From Acidobacteriaceae bacterium (GTDB lineage Bacteria > Acidobacteriota > Terriglobia > Terriglobales > Acidobacteriaceae), in the NCBI GenBank assembly GCA_052142955.1, contig JBKQVW010000099.1:5881-69880 (forward strand): a stretch of 64,000 nt of DNA. The letters are read 5' to 3'. The position numbers and the translations under genes were made by a program. The notes under the pieces were generated by a model that was given only the letters and a program-made list of their open reading frames with translations, did not search any database and had not been told where the DNA came from. Positions 1 to 9,378 of this stretch are shown one piece after another (the stretch's first letter is position 1; every line of letters starts with the position of its first letter).

Positions 1-319
1 TCCCCCACACACACCGAAAAACGCACATCCCAGAATCCGCCGACCGCGGGGAAAGCGCATGCCGATCGTCGGCCGCGCAGACATCTAGAGGACTCGCTGC
101 CGTTCCGAGCTGGCCGCATGTTTGTTGGGCTTGCGCGGATGGGGAAGTCACGGCTGTGAATGGCTCCCTCGACAGCCGATACAACCTCAGTGATCGCCAT
201 CACTGCCAAATCCCTGCCGCTCATTCTACTTTCAATTGACAAGCAAAGAATGCCCAGCAACTCCGGGCTGATTGTCAGATCCAGGAAAGATATTGCTGAA
301 CCGTTAACGTGGAGGCTCT

Positions 320-1249
320 ATGAAACGTTTGCTCCTATGTGTTGCGCTGGTCATTGCACTCCCCGGGCTCTGGAATGCCGGAGTGGCGCATGCCGCGAGC
401 AAGGCCGGCCAACAACAAGCCGCCGCACCTCAAACCCCCCCCGCGGCCACTACCGCGACGTCCGGCTACGTGGGCTCCGATACCTGCGTGCTATGCCATG
501 CGAATATCGCCAAGAACTTTGCCACCAACCCCCATTCCAAGCTTGCCCTGATGCACGGCGGGAAAGGCATTACCTGCGAAAGCTGCCACGGACCGGGGCA
601 GGCGCACGTTGAGGGCGGCGGAGACATCACCAAGATCTTTCTACCGACCAAGGGAACCGCCAAGCAGGTCGACGCAACCTGTCTCGGCTGCCACGCCGGG
701 GTGCACCCGAATTTCGAACGCTCGCCCCATGCCAAAGCCGGCCTGAGCTGCATCAGCTGCCATAGCATTCACGCCTCGCAGAGCGAAGAGAGTCTGCTGA
801 AATTGCCGCAGCCGACACTGTGCTTCACCTGCCATACCGACGTGAAGGGGGCGTTCAATATGCCGTTTCACCACCCGGTGCTGGAAGGTGTGGTCAAGTG
901 CACCGACTGCCACGACGTGCACGGCACGTTCCAGAGCTCGCAACTGAGGTCGACCGCCGATCAGAACCTGATCTGCACCAAATGCCATACGGATGTGCGT
1001 GGGCCTTTCGTGTACGAGCACGCAGTGGTCAAGGGCGAAGGGTGCCTGGCGTGCCACACACCGCACGGATCGCAGAACGCCCAGCTGCTGAACATGCCCA
1101 CGATCAATACATTGTGCAAGCAGTGCCATAGCACCGTTAGCAACGATAACATCCACGGGATGGGTTCGGGATCGACAGAGCTTACACCCTGCATCACCTG
1201 TCACACCATGATCCACGGGTCCAATCTCAATGCGGCTTTCCTTAAGTAA
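320..1249 (+). CDS. Periplasmic decahaem c-type cytochrome (MtrA/DmsE/PioA-like)
   Basis: 309-aa ORF with GGAGG at 311-315 before ATG 320 and an N-terminal signal peptide. Ten CxxCH sites (CVLCH, CESCH, CLGCH, CISCH, CFTCH, CTDCH, CTKCH, CLACH, CKQCH, CITCH). Size and haem density match periplasmic decahaem cytochromes. Confidence 0.85.
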   Translation: MKRLLLCVALVIALPGLWNAGVAHAASKAGQQQAAAPQTPPAATTATSGYVGSDTCVLCHANIAKNFATNPHSKLALMHGGKGITCESCHGPGQAHVEGGGDITKIFLPTKGTAKQVDATCLGCHAGVHPNFERSPHAKAGLSCISCHSIHASQSEESLLKLPQPTLCFTCHTDVKGAFNMPFHHPVLEGVVKCTDCHDVHGTFQSSQLRSTADQNLICTKCHTDVRGPFVYEHAVVKGEGCLACHTPHGSQNAQLLNMPTINTLCKQCHSTVSNDNIHGMGSGSTELTPCITCHTMIHGSNLNAAFLK

Positions 1250-1304
1250 TGGAGCTGGGTCCGGGATTTTGATGTACTGACGTTTTTACCAAGTGAGGTT
1301 TTAT

Positions 1305-3866
1305 ATGAAGAATACAGACGGGTTTTCAAGGCTGTACCATCAACAGCTCTCTCCCGCATTTGCCCTGCGTATCGCCGCGGGCATTGGAATCGCAATGTTC
1401 GTGATGACCGCGGGCGTCGCTGCCGCCCAGGTTACGCCGCCACCCGTTCCGGAAGCCCCGAATGGGTATACGATCCATGGAAGCACCGATGAGGGCGGGC
1501 ACGTGGCGAGCATCACCGGCAGCGGGGCCATGTACGACACGCTGGTCAATATGCAGTCCGGGCCGCGGGTGTTTGGCCAAACCTTCGACCTGCATGCGCT
1601 GCCGAGCAATAAGCATCCCCTGGCCGATTCCCTGACGGCCTTCACCACCGGATTTGGCGGCGATCCCGACAGCTTTACCACAATGAGCGCATCCAAGGGG
1701 AATCTCTACGAGTTCAAGGGAACGTTCCGTCGCCACCGCGATTATTTCGACTACGACCTGCTGGGCAACCCGAATATCCCCTCAGGGCAATCGATCCCAA
1801 TCGGGCCGTCCAACGCGCCCACGGGTTCCTTGGCATGGCCGCAGGTTCGACAGTCGCCGGTCATGTTTAACACGGTACGCAGGCTGTTGGACACAAATCT
1901 CACGCTCTTTCCTCTTTCCAAGGTCACGTACCATTTCGGATACTCCGAGGACACCATGGAGGGTCCGAGCCTCAGCCCCGGTGAATCGGTGGGCAAGTAT
2001 AACGCCCTGCTCTCGGAGTACCAGCGCCATAGCTCCGACGATTTCATGGGAGCGGTCGACTGGAAGCCCTTGGCAAGGACCAAGCTGACCTTTGAAGAGC
2101 AGATCGACCACCTGAAGGAGAACTCCTATTTCACCCTGGCTCCGAGCAGCTTTATTGCGCAGGAGGCGGATGGTACACCAGTGTCCCTCGGCAACTATAC
2201 CAGCCTGACCCCCAACGGGATCGCCGCCTGCAATACCGGCAGCATGGGTAGTGGTTACACCAGCCCGACGAACTACACGATCTTGTCGCCTGCACAAACC
2301 CCGGGCGGGCTGCCCATCATCAATCCGGCCTGCGATGTCGCTACCAGCTACCTGCGTAGCCAGCCGACGCGCCTTCTGTACCCCACGGAGATTTTCCGGT
2401 TCCAAAGCTCGAGCATCCCGAACATTGCGATGAACGGCAATGTGCGTTACACCAACGCAAATATGAACCTTCCCAACTATTACGAGAATTTTCAAGGTCT
2501 CGATGGGGCGACTCGCTCGATCACGTTTAAAGGCAACGCAAACGCCAAGCGGGAGGTCGTCGCGATCGACTACGGCATCAACTGGGATGCGACCAAAACG
2601 GTGAGTTTTTCCGATCAGGTGAACTTCTCCAATGCCCACCAACCCGGCACCGCCAACATCTCCGCAGGGGCCACACTGGTGACGCCCGGGAACCCAAATG
2701 AAACCATCAACTACTCGGGTCCGCTGACCCCTGGAAGCCCTTCCAATGCTGAAGGCAGCCCCAACGGAACGCCCCTGCCCGACTATTTTGGTCAGAAGTT
2801 CCTGACCAACAACCTGACGGCGACGTGGGATGGCTTGTCCCGCGCCACGCTTTCGCTCACCTATCGCTACCAAACGCACACCATCGCGGAAGGCATTCCG
2901 CATAACGCCCCCCTGGCCCCAGGCGCAACGACAAACGGAACAGTCACCATTCACGAAAACGGTGCAATCTTGTACGCTACCGTGCGTCCCAGCGAGCATT
3001 GGGATGTGAATGGTAGCCTCGGGCTGCTCTATGCCGACAACGCATTCACCCCGCTGACCCCGCGGCGAACGCAGCGCTACCGACTGCATACCCTCTACAT
3101 ACCAAAATCCTGGCTGACGGTATCCGCCGCCTATAACGACGTGGAACGGCAGAACAACACGAACAACACAGGCGCGCCCTCCGCAGCCGGACCGCTCGAC
3201 CATGTCGATCACAGCCGGGTGTTCAGCCTGGGTGCGACCGTGACACGGAATGAGCACTATGGGCTCGATTTCAATTACGCCTACAGCGATGTATATTCGT
3301 CGACCAACATCTGCTACGATGCCGACGCCAGTGCCACACTGCCCGGCGCGGCGACGCCGAGCGGTACGGCATGTCCCGGCGGGACCGTTCGTGGAGCCTC
3401 TTACTATCAGTTTGGGCCGGTCAAGGACTTCATGGATGCTCCGACGCAGTACGCATCGGCGGCCCTCAGTCTGTCCCCCACCAACCGAATCCACTCCAGT
3501 ATCGGCTATACCATCAGTTCCGTGAATGGCAGCCGGTTCTTCAACGACGCGCGGGATGTGAATGGCTCGCTGGTGTCTACCTATCAGTCTCCCTATGTAA
3601 GGGTTGCGTACGCGGTTCGTAAGAGCTGGATTTGGAACGCAGAATACAACTACTACGGATATGGTGAGGGCGGCCCTTCCGGCGCACAGTACTGCACCAC
3701 GTCCAGCACGCTACCCATTCCTGGGACTAACGCGCCCGTGGTTGCCTGCAACGATCCCTCACTGGCCGGGCTTCAGACCGGTCTAACCATCTCGCCGGCC
3801 GGTGAGACCGCGCCGCGGAACTTCCATGCGAATAACGTGACCCTCGGAATGCGATATGAGTTTTGA
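1305..3866 (+). CDS. Large outer-membrane beta-barrel protein, putative MtrB/PioB-like porin partner of the decahaem cytochrome
   Basis: ORF 1293-3866, with ATG 1305 preceded by GAGG. Signal peptide ends ...AAAQ. About 850 aa rich in Gly/Asn/Tyr/Thr, with C-terminus ...GMRYEF (terminal aromatic typical of OM barrels). Lies 55 nt downstream of the decahaem gene. The family call rests on size and synteny only. Confidence 0.6.
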   Translation: MKNTDGFSRLYHQQLSPAFALRIAAGIGIAMFVMTAGVAAAQVTPPPVPEAPNGYTIHGSTDEGGHVASITGSGAMYDTLVNMQSGPRVFGQTFDLHALPSNKHPLADSLTAFTTGFGGDPDSFTTMSASKGNLYEFKGTFRRHRDYFDYDLLGNPNIPSGQSIPIGPSNAPTGSLAWPQVRQSPVMFNTVRRLLDTNLTLFPLSKVTYHFGYSEDTMEGPSLSPGESVGKYNALLSEYQRHSSDDFMGAVDWKPLARTKLTFEEQIDHLKENSYFTLAPSSFIAQEADGTPVSLGNYTSLTPNGIAACNTGSMGSGYTSPTNYTILSPAQTPGGLPIINPACDVATSYLRSQPTRLLYPTEIFRFQSSSIPNIAMNGNVRYTNANMNLPNYYENFQGLDGATRSITFKGNANAKREVVAIDYGINWDATKTVSFSDQVNFSNAHQPGTANISAGATLVTPGNPNETINYSGPLTPGSPSNAEGSPNGTPLPDYFGQKFLTNNLTATWDGLSRATLSLTYRYQTHTIAEGIPHNAPLAPGATTNGTVTIHENGAILYATVRPSEHWDVNGSLGLLYADNAFTPLTPRRTQRYRLHTLYIPKSWLTVSAAYNDVERQNNTNNTGAPSAAGPLDHVDHSRVFSLGATVTRNEHYGLDFNYAYSDVYSSTNICYDADASATLPGAATPSGTACPGGTVRGASYYQFGPVKDFMDAPTQYASAALSLSPTNRIHSSIGYTISSVNGSRFFNDARDVNGSLVSTYQSPYVRVAYAVRKSWIWNAEYNYYGYGEGGPSGAQYCTTSSTLPIPGTNAPVVACNDPSLAGLQTGLTISPAGETAPRNFHANNVTLGMRYEF

Positions 3867-3911
3867 CCTGGGTCTATGGATGTTGGCAGCACGGCAGCTG
3901 AACAGGAGCGA

Positions 3912-4235
3912 ATGATGAAAACTCGATTTGCGTTGGCAGCGGTCAGTGTCATGGCATTTTCGGCGATGACAGTCTTCGCACAGAGTCCAGGAGCCGCTAC
4001 TTACAAAGCCAAGTGCGCGATGTGTCATGCCGCGGATGGCAGCGGCGCGACGCCCGCGGGAAAAGCAACCAAAACACCCTCGTTCAGTTCTCCGGAGGCC
4101 GTGAAAATGTCGACTACGGAACTGGTCGAAGCCACCAAGAATGGCAAGGGCAAAATGCCCGCGTATTCCGGCAGCCTGACGGGTGCGCAAATCGGTGAGG
4201 TGGTTGCCTACATTCACACCCTGCAGAAGAAGTAG
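3912..4235 (+). CDS. Small secreted monohaem class-I cytochrome c
   Basis: AGGAG at 3904-3908 and a signal peptide (...MTVFAQ). Single CAMCH site with a downstream Met ligand context (GKMPAY). About 85 mature residues. Confidence 0.8.
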   Translation: MMKTRFALAAVSVMAFSAMTVFAQSPGAATYKAKCAMCHAADGSGATPAGKATKTPSFSSPEAVKMSTTELVEATKNGKGKMPAYSGSLTGAQIGEVVAYIHTLQKK

Positions 4236-4344
4236 TTGCGGGAACGACGCGCAACGTAACCGCAGGGACAAGTTTACGGGGGTCTGCGACGACAACTAGG
4301 CCCTCGGTTGTATGCCATAACGGATCCACTTGTGAACAGCTTTC

Positions 4345-4385
4345 GGGGAAGGTCACGCGACGCGTGATCTTCCCCGAACTTTTTC
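4345..4385 (+). terminator. Hairpin plus T-run between convergent cytochrome c and glgX genes
   Basis: GGGGAAGgTCACGCG-a-CGCGTGAtCTTCCCC (4345-4375) followed by a TTTTT run at 4380-4384. Sits 110 nt after the cytochrome c stop and 27 nt beyond the glgX stop on the other strand. Confidence 0.45.
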
Positions 4386-4401
4386 CCGAGGAAATTGCGC
4401 T

Positions 4402-6585
4402 TTACTTCGCGGAGCCGGCTGCCGGGTCCGGCTGCAATGCGAACAGCAACAACGAGCGGGCGGTGACGTCGTAGGAGTCGCCGGTCTGGAATGTTTCCTT
4501 CGCGCCGGATTTTCCCTCTTCCGCCTCGATATTGGTGTCGATGAGCAGGTTCCAGGTGTCGCCGCCGGGGCACTCCGGCAGGGTGAACCCGACCAGGTCG
4601 AAATGACCATTGACGACCAGGAGCAAGGTGGCTTCGTGTCCGCGCTGATGAATGCCGGTGGTCTGGGCGCGGCCGTCCATCAGCATGCCGAAGCAGCGCA
4701 TGCCTTCATCGCCCCAGTTGGCGTGTTCCATCTCGGAGCCATTGGCGTTGATCCATGTCACATCTTTCACGCCCAGTTCCTCGTTGAACTCGCCGGTCAG
4801 AAACAAGTTACGGCGAAGGATGGGATATTTATGGCGCAGCGCCGTAAGCTTTCGGACAAATTGGACCATGGATCTGTTCTTTTCCAGCAGGCTCCAATCC
4901 ACCCAGCCGATGTCGTCGTCCTGGCAATAGGCATTGTTGTTGCCCTGCTGGGTGCGGGCGAACTCATCGCCGGCCAGCATCAGGGGGGTACCCTGCGAGA
5001 GCAGCAGTGTCGCCAGCATGTTGCGCATCTGGCGCCGCCGCAGCGCATTGACCTCGGGATCGTCGGTGGGACCTTCCACTCCGCAATTCCAGGAAATGGT
5101 GTTGGGGTTCCCGTCCTGATTTCCCTCCCCGTTGGCTTCGTTATGTTTTTCGTTGTATGAAACCAGGTCGTTCAGCGTGAAACCGTCATGGGCGGCGATG
5201 AAGTTGACACTCGCCCATGGCCTGCGGCCCTGCTGATTGAAAATTGCGGCGGAGGCGCAGAGACGCCGGGTCAAGGCCGCAGCCGGTCGATCTCCCTTCC
5301 AGAAACCGCGGACATCGTCGCGGAACTTGTCGTTCCATTCCGCCCAGCCCGGCGGAAATTCGCCTACCTGATAGCCGCCCGGACCGCAGTCCCAAGGCTC
5401 GGCAATCAGCTTGACCGTGTTCAGGACGGGGTCTTGGCTGCATGCCTTGAGAAAGCCGCTCTGATTGTCGAAGCCGTTGGGTTCCCGCGCCAGGATGGTC
5501 CCCAGATCGAATCGGAATCCATCCACCTGGACCTCTTCCACCCAGTAACGCAGGCTGTCGGTGACCATCTGCAGGACGCGGGCATGGCTCAGGTTGACGG
5601 TATTTCCCGCGCCTGTGTCATTGATGTAATAGCGCGGATTGTTCGGCATCAGACGATAATAGCTGGCGTTGTCGATGCCTTTGAAGGACAAGGTTGGACC
5701 GCGCTCGTTGCCTTCCGCCGTATGGTTGTAAACCACGTCGAGAATGACTTCGAGCCCGGCCTGGTGAATCTGGGCCACCATTTCTTTCAGTTCGCGCAGC
5801 GCCTGCGCCGGGTCCGAGGCATATCTTGGATCGGGCGCAAAATAGCCGATGCTGTTGTATCCCCAATAATTCGTCAGTCCCTTGCTCAGCAAACGGCTGT
5901 CGTTGATAAAGGCGTGGATCGGCAGCAATTCCATCGACGTGACGCCCAGGGATTTGATGTACTCCAGGACTTCCGGCCGCGCGAGTCCGCCGTAGGTGCC
6001 GCGGAGATGTTCCGGCACCGCCGGATGTTTCTTGGTGTAGCCGCGCACATGCAGCTCGTAAATGATCGTGTCGTTGAAGGAAACTGCCAACTGCCTTTGG
6101 CTTCCTCGGCGTTGCCGTCCGGGAACGCCGCTCCAATTGAAATCGGGATCGACCACGACACACTTTGGCATGAAGGGCGCACTATCGCGCTCGTCGAAGG
6201 TGAGGTCGTCCATGGTCTCCATCCGATAGCCGAAGACAGCCGGGTCCCACTTCAGTTCTCCGATGTACTCAACCGCGTAGGGATCGAGCAACAGCTTATT
6301 GGGATTGAATCTGTGCCCGTTTTCCGGTTCGTAGGGGCCATGCACGCGATATCCATAGACCGTGCCGGGGCCGACCTCGGGCAAACAGCCATGCCAAATC
6401 TGGTTGGTACATTCCGGCAGTTCGATGCGCTGACGTTCGTGTTCTCCCTTGTCATCGAAAAGGCAGAGTTCGACCTTGGTTGCGTGGGCGGAAAAGATTG
6501 CGAAATTTGTTCCGGTGCCATCCCAGGAAGCTCCCCGCGGGTACGGCAGGCCTTCCCCAATTGCGATTCTCGGTGTTTCAGTCAT
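4402..6585 (-). CDS. glgX: Glycogen debranching enzyme (GH13 isoamylase-type)
   Basis: N-terminus ...YPRGASWDGTGTNFAIFSAHATKVELCLFD. GH13 motifs DVVYNHT, GFRFDL, EPWD, FIAAHDGFTL. The ORF is open to 6633, but the MTETPR start at 6585 fits the family better. Confidence 0.85.
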   Translation of the reverse strand: MTETPRIAIGEGLPYPRGASWDGTGTNFAIFSAHATKVELCLFDDKGEHERQRIELPECTNQIWHGCLPEVGPGTVYGYRVHGPYEPENGHRFNPNKLLLDPYAVEYIGELKWDPAVFGYRMETMDDLTFDERDSAPFMPKCVVVDPDFNWSGVPGRQRRGSQRQLAVSFNDTIIYELHVRGYTKKHPAVPEHLRGTYGGLARPEVLEYIKSLGVTSMELLPIHAFINDSRLLSKGLTNYWGYNSIGYFAPDPRYASDPAQALRELKEMVAQIHQAGLEVILDVVYNHTAEGNERGPTLSFKGIDNASYYRLMPNNPRYYINDTGAGNTVNLSHARVLQMVTDSLRYWVEEVQVDGFRFDLGTILAREPNGFDNQSGFLKACSQDPVLNTVKLIAEPWDCGPGGYQVGEFPPGWAEWNDKFRDDVRGFWKGDRPAAALTRRLCASAAIFNQQGRRPWASVNFIAAHDGFTLNDLVSYNEKHNEANGEGNQDGNPNTISWNCGVEGPTDDPEVNALRRRQMRNMLATLLLSQGTPLMLAGDEFARTQQGNNNAYCQDDDIGWVDWSLLEKNRSMVQFVRKLTALRHKYPILRRNLFLTGEFNEELGVKDVTWINANGSEMEHANWGDEGMRCFGMLMDGRAQTTGIHQRGHEATLLLVVNGHFDLVGFTLPECPGGDTWNLLIDTNIEAEEGKSGAKETFQTGDSYDVTARSLLLFALQPDPAAGSAK

Positions 6586-6982
6586 GCGTTCGTACATCCC
6601 CTTCCAAAGCTGATTTCCTATTCCTACACCCATCCGGCTTCAACGATCCGCGGCTCGCCGCGCCGAGCCGCGCGAAGAATTACCGCTTCGACTCGACCTA
6701 TAGGAAATCAGCCCTGGCCGTCGTTCGCGGCAAACGGTGAAACCGCACAGTTCACCGTACCGGGCCAGCCCCTGAGATGCAAGAGCCGGAAAAGAAAGGC
6801 TGTGTCTTCCCGGGGATTGCAGGGGCCATGGATCAGCCGGGCACGCGCGGTATGGCCAGCGTGTTGCTGCCGAATTTGCCAAAGGGAATCCAAGCCAAGG
6901 CTTTTGGCGTGACCATGGAGAAGGCCGGCGAATAGAGCGATCCTTGTCCATGAGGCGAGGCAGGCGCGGACGAAACTTCCGG

Positions 6983-7621
6983 CTACGCTTCGCTTTCTCT
7001 GCTGCGATTTTTCAAGTGCGTCCAGATGAACCAGGCGAACGCCGCGCCCAGCAGCAGGAGCACTGCCGCGTCCGAGCGATGAAGAATATTTTTCAGGCGG
7101 GGATCGGTGTTCCACGCATTGCCCAGTCTCATTCCGGCATAGGCCAGGACGAAACACCAGGGCCACGATCCGATAAATGTGTAGATGTGGAACCTGAGCT
7201 GAGGCATGCGGGCGATCCCGGCAGGCAGCGCAATAAAGGTGCGCACCACGGGCAACAGACGGCCCAGCAAAACCGTGATGGTCCCAAAGCGCTCAAAAAA
7301 TCGCGTGGTGCGGTCGAGATCGCGGCGATCCAGAAGAATATAGGCGCCGTATTTTTCGACCAGCGGACGGCCGCCGTAGGCGCCAATCCAGTACGCAACC
7401 GCTGAGCCGAGATTGCAGCCGATGGCTCCGGCGGTGGCCACCCACACCAGATTGAACCGGTGCAAGTACACCAGATATCCGGCGAAGGGCATGATGATTT
7501 CCGACGGCAACGGAATGCAAGCCGACTCGATGGCCATCAACAGGGCGACGCCCGGATAGCCGATGTGCGAAATGATTCCGGTGACCCAGGGGACAAGGAA
7601 GGTAAGGATTTTTTCTGTCAT
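6983..7621 (-). CDS. DedA-family inner-membrane protein
   Basis: 212 aa and polytopic. DedA-type signature ...GYPGVALLMAIESACIPLPSEIIMPFAGYL... Confidence 0.8.
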   Translation of the reverse strand: MTEKILTFLVPWVTGIISHIGYPGVALLMAIESACIPLPSEIIMPFAGYLVYLHRFNLVWVATAGAIGCNLGSAVAYWIGAYGGRPLVEKYGAYILLDRRDLDRTTRFFERFGTITVLLGRLLPVVRTFIALPAGIARMPQLRFHIYTFIGSWPWCFVLAYAGMRLGNAWNTDPRLKNILHRSDAAVLLLLGAAFAWFIWTHLKNRSRESEA

Positions 7622-7745
7622 CGAGCTTTGGAATGCGGTCTTTCAGCAGTATAGCGGGCAAGGCGCGGTTTCACTGTGAATCCGGAACGCGAATCCTAGA
7701 TGGAATGGTTTTTGCTAGCATGAAGGTTGAATCAAGGAGAATTCG

Positions 7746-8534
7746 ATGACCGACACTCTCACCTCCGAAATTGTGACGGGGACTTCCAACACCACTGCCG
7801 ACATCCAGACCGCGCCCGCGAAAGAAGCTCCCAAGGAAAAGGAGATGAAGCGGCAGATCGTCTCCTTCCAATTTTTTAAGGTGATGCCGGAATGGCGTCG
7901 CCTGCCGGCGGAGGAACGCGCCGCGCACAAACGCGCGGTGGCCACGGTGATCGAACACTGGAACCAGGCGGACAGGATGTTGACGCTGACGTATTCCACC
8001 GTGGGCACGCGCAGCGAGTGCGACCTGATGCTGTGGCGGATTTGCACGACGGTGGACGACCTGAATCTGATGACGGCGGAGCTGATGGCGACGCCGATGG
8101 GCGGCTATCTGGAAACGGCGTTCAGCTATCTGGCGATGACCAAGCGTTCGCAATATTTGATTGGCCATGAGCACGAGGGGCAGGCTGATTCGCGCGGATT
8201 TTTGCGGCCGGGACGACAGAAATATGTCTTCGTGTATCCGTTCTGGAAGACGCGGGCCTGGTATCTGCTGCCGAAGGATGAGCGCCAGCGCTTGATGACG
8301 GAGCATATTCGCGTCGGACATTTGTTCCCACGCGTGAAGCTGAACACGACGTATTCGTTCGGCCTGGACGACCAGGAATTTGTGGTGGCGTTTGAGACTA
8401 ATTATCCCGAAGATTTTCTCGATCTGGTCGAGCAGCTGCGCGGTACGGAGATCAGCGCCTATACGCTGAAGGACTATCCCATCTTCACCTGCGTGCGGAT
8501 GACCGCGCAGGAGATGCTGGATCGGGTGGGATAA
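7746..8534 (+). CDS. Chlorite dismutase-family protein, likely coproheme decarboxylase (HemQ/ChdC-type)
   Basis: 262 aa with AAGGAGA at 7733-7739. Overall resemblance to the Cld/HemQ family (two ferredoxin-like halves) and a genomic neighbourhood rich in haem genes. HemQ versus true Cld is not resolvable by eye. Confidence 0.65.
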   Translation: MTDTLTSEIVTGTSNTTADIQTAPAKEAPKEKEMKRQIVSFQFFKVMPEWRRLPAEERAAHKRAVATVIEHWNQADRMLTLTYSTVGTRSECDLMLWRICTTVDDLNLMTAELMATPMGGYLETAFSYLAMTKRSQYLIGHEHEGQADSRGFLRPGRQKYVFVYPFWKTRAWYLLPKDERQRLMTEHIRVGHLFPRVKLNTTYSFGLDDQEFVVAFETNYPEDFLDLVEQLRGTEISAYTLKDYPIFTCVRMTAQEMLDRVG

Positions 8535-8538
8535 GCCT

Positions 8539-9378
8539 GTGCCCGCCGCACGTCCGCAGAAAAAAGCAGCTACGAAGAAGAAGGGCTCGCGCGCGAAGAC
8601 GGCGACGGTACGGGCTGCGAAGAAACCGACTGCAAAGGCAGCGCCGGTGCGGACTGGAGCGAGGGCGACAGCGAAGACAGCTCCGGTGCACTCAGGGACA
8701 AAGGCTGCGAAGAAGCAATCCGCAGCCGATCCGACGAGTCCGCAGCGGGTGCAAACGATTCTCGATCGGCTGGCGGAATATTATCCGAACGCGGTGTGCG
8801 CGCTGCACCATAGAAATGCGTGGGAATTGATGGTGGCGACCATTCTCTCCGCGCAGTGCACGGACGTTCGCGTGAATATGGTGACGCCGGCGCTGTTCCA
8901 GCGCTTCCCTACCCCGCAGGCGATGGCGAAGGCCTCGCAGGCGGAAGTGGAGGCGATGATCCGGACCACAGGATTTTTCCGCAACAAGGCAAAGAATGTG
9001 ATCGGCGCAGCGCAGAAAATCGTCGCAGAATTTGGCGGGAAAGTTCCGCAGACAATGGAGGAGCTGTTGACGATCCCCGGCGTGGCGCGCAAAACCGCCA
9101 ATGTCGTGCTGGGCTCATGGTACAAAATCGGGCTGGGGGTGGTGGTCGACACGCACGTGATGCGCATCACGCAGCGGCTGGAACTGACGAAGTCGACGAC
9201 ACCGGAAAAAATCGAACAGGACATGATGCGGCTGATTCCGCAGGCGAGCTGGATCGATTTTTCCCATCGCGTGATTCATTTTGGACGGGAAATTTGCATC
9301 GCGCGGAAACCTCGCTGCGCGGATTGCTTTCTGGAAGACGTGTGCAACTCGAAGGACAAGACCTGGAGCACGCACTAG
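8539..9378 (+). CDS. nth: Endonuclease III with a Lys/Ala-rich N-terminal extension
   Basis: HhH-GPD core (...LLTIPGVARKTANVVLG...). C-terminal 4Fe-4S loop C-x6-C-x2-C-x5-C (CIARKPRCADCFLEDVC). GTG start lies 4 nt after the preceding stop. The first ~70 aa are K/A/T-rich. Confidence 0.85.
   Translation: MPAARPQKKAATKKKGSRAKTATVRAAKKPTAKAAPVRTGARATAKTAPVHSGTKAAKKQSAADPTSPQRVQTILDRLAEYYPNAVCALHHRNAWELMVATILSAQCTDVRVNMVTPALFQRFPTPQAMAKASQAEVEAMIRTTGFFRNKAKNVIGAAQKIVAEFGGKVPQTMEELLTIPGVARKTANVVLGSWYKIGLGVVVDTHVMRITQRLELTKSTTPEKIEQDMMRLIPQASWIDFSHRVIHFGREICIARKPRCADCFLEDVCNSKDKTWSTH

Noticed and set aside
1782-3494. 570-aa ORF antisense to the outer-membrane barrel gene
   Set aside because: Its translation is Arg/Gly/Ala/Pro-rich low complexity, typical of the reverse frame of a GC-rich gene. 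The sense ORF has a signal peptide and an OM-barrel terminus.
5188-6912. 574-aa ORF antisense to glgX
   Set aside because: No recognisable domain and a composition typical of the antisense frame. glgX on the minus strand has all the GH13 motifs.
6634-6982. 350-bp untranslated stretch upstream of glgX with a GC hairpin (6650-6671), checked for a riboswitch or sRNA
   Set aside because: It has no recognisable riboswitch core sequences, and its ORFs (103 and 152 aa) translate to Arg/Pro/Ser-rich junk. There is not enough evidence to call a feature.
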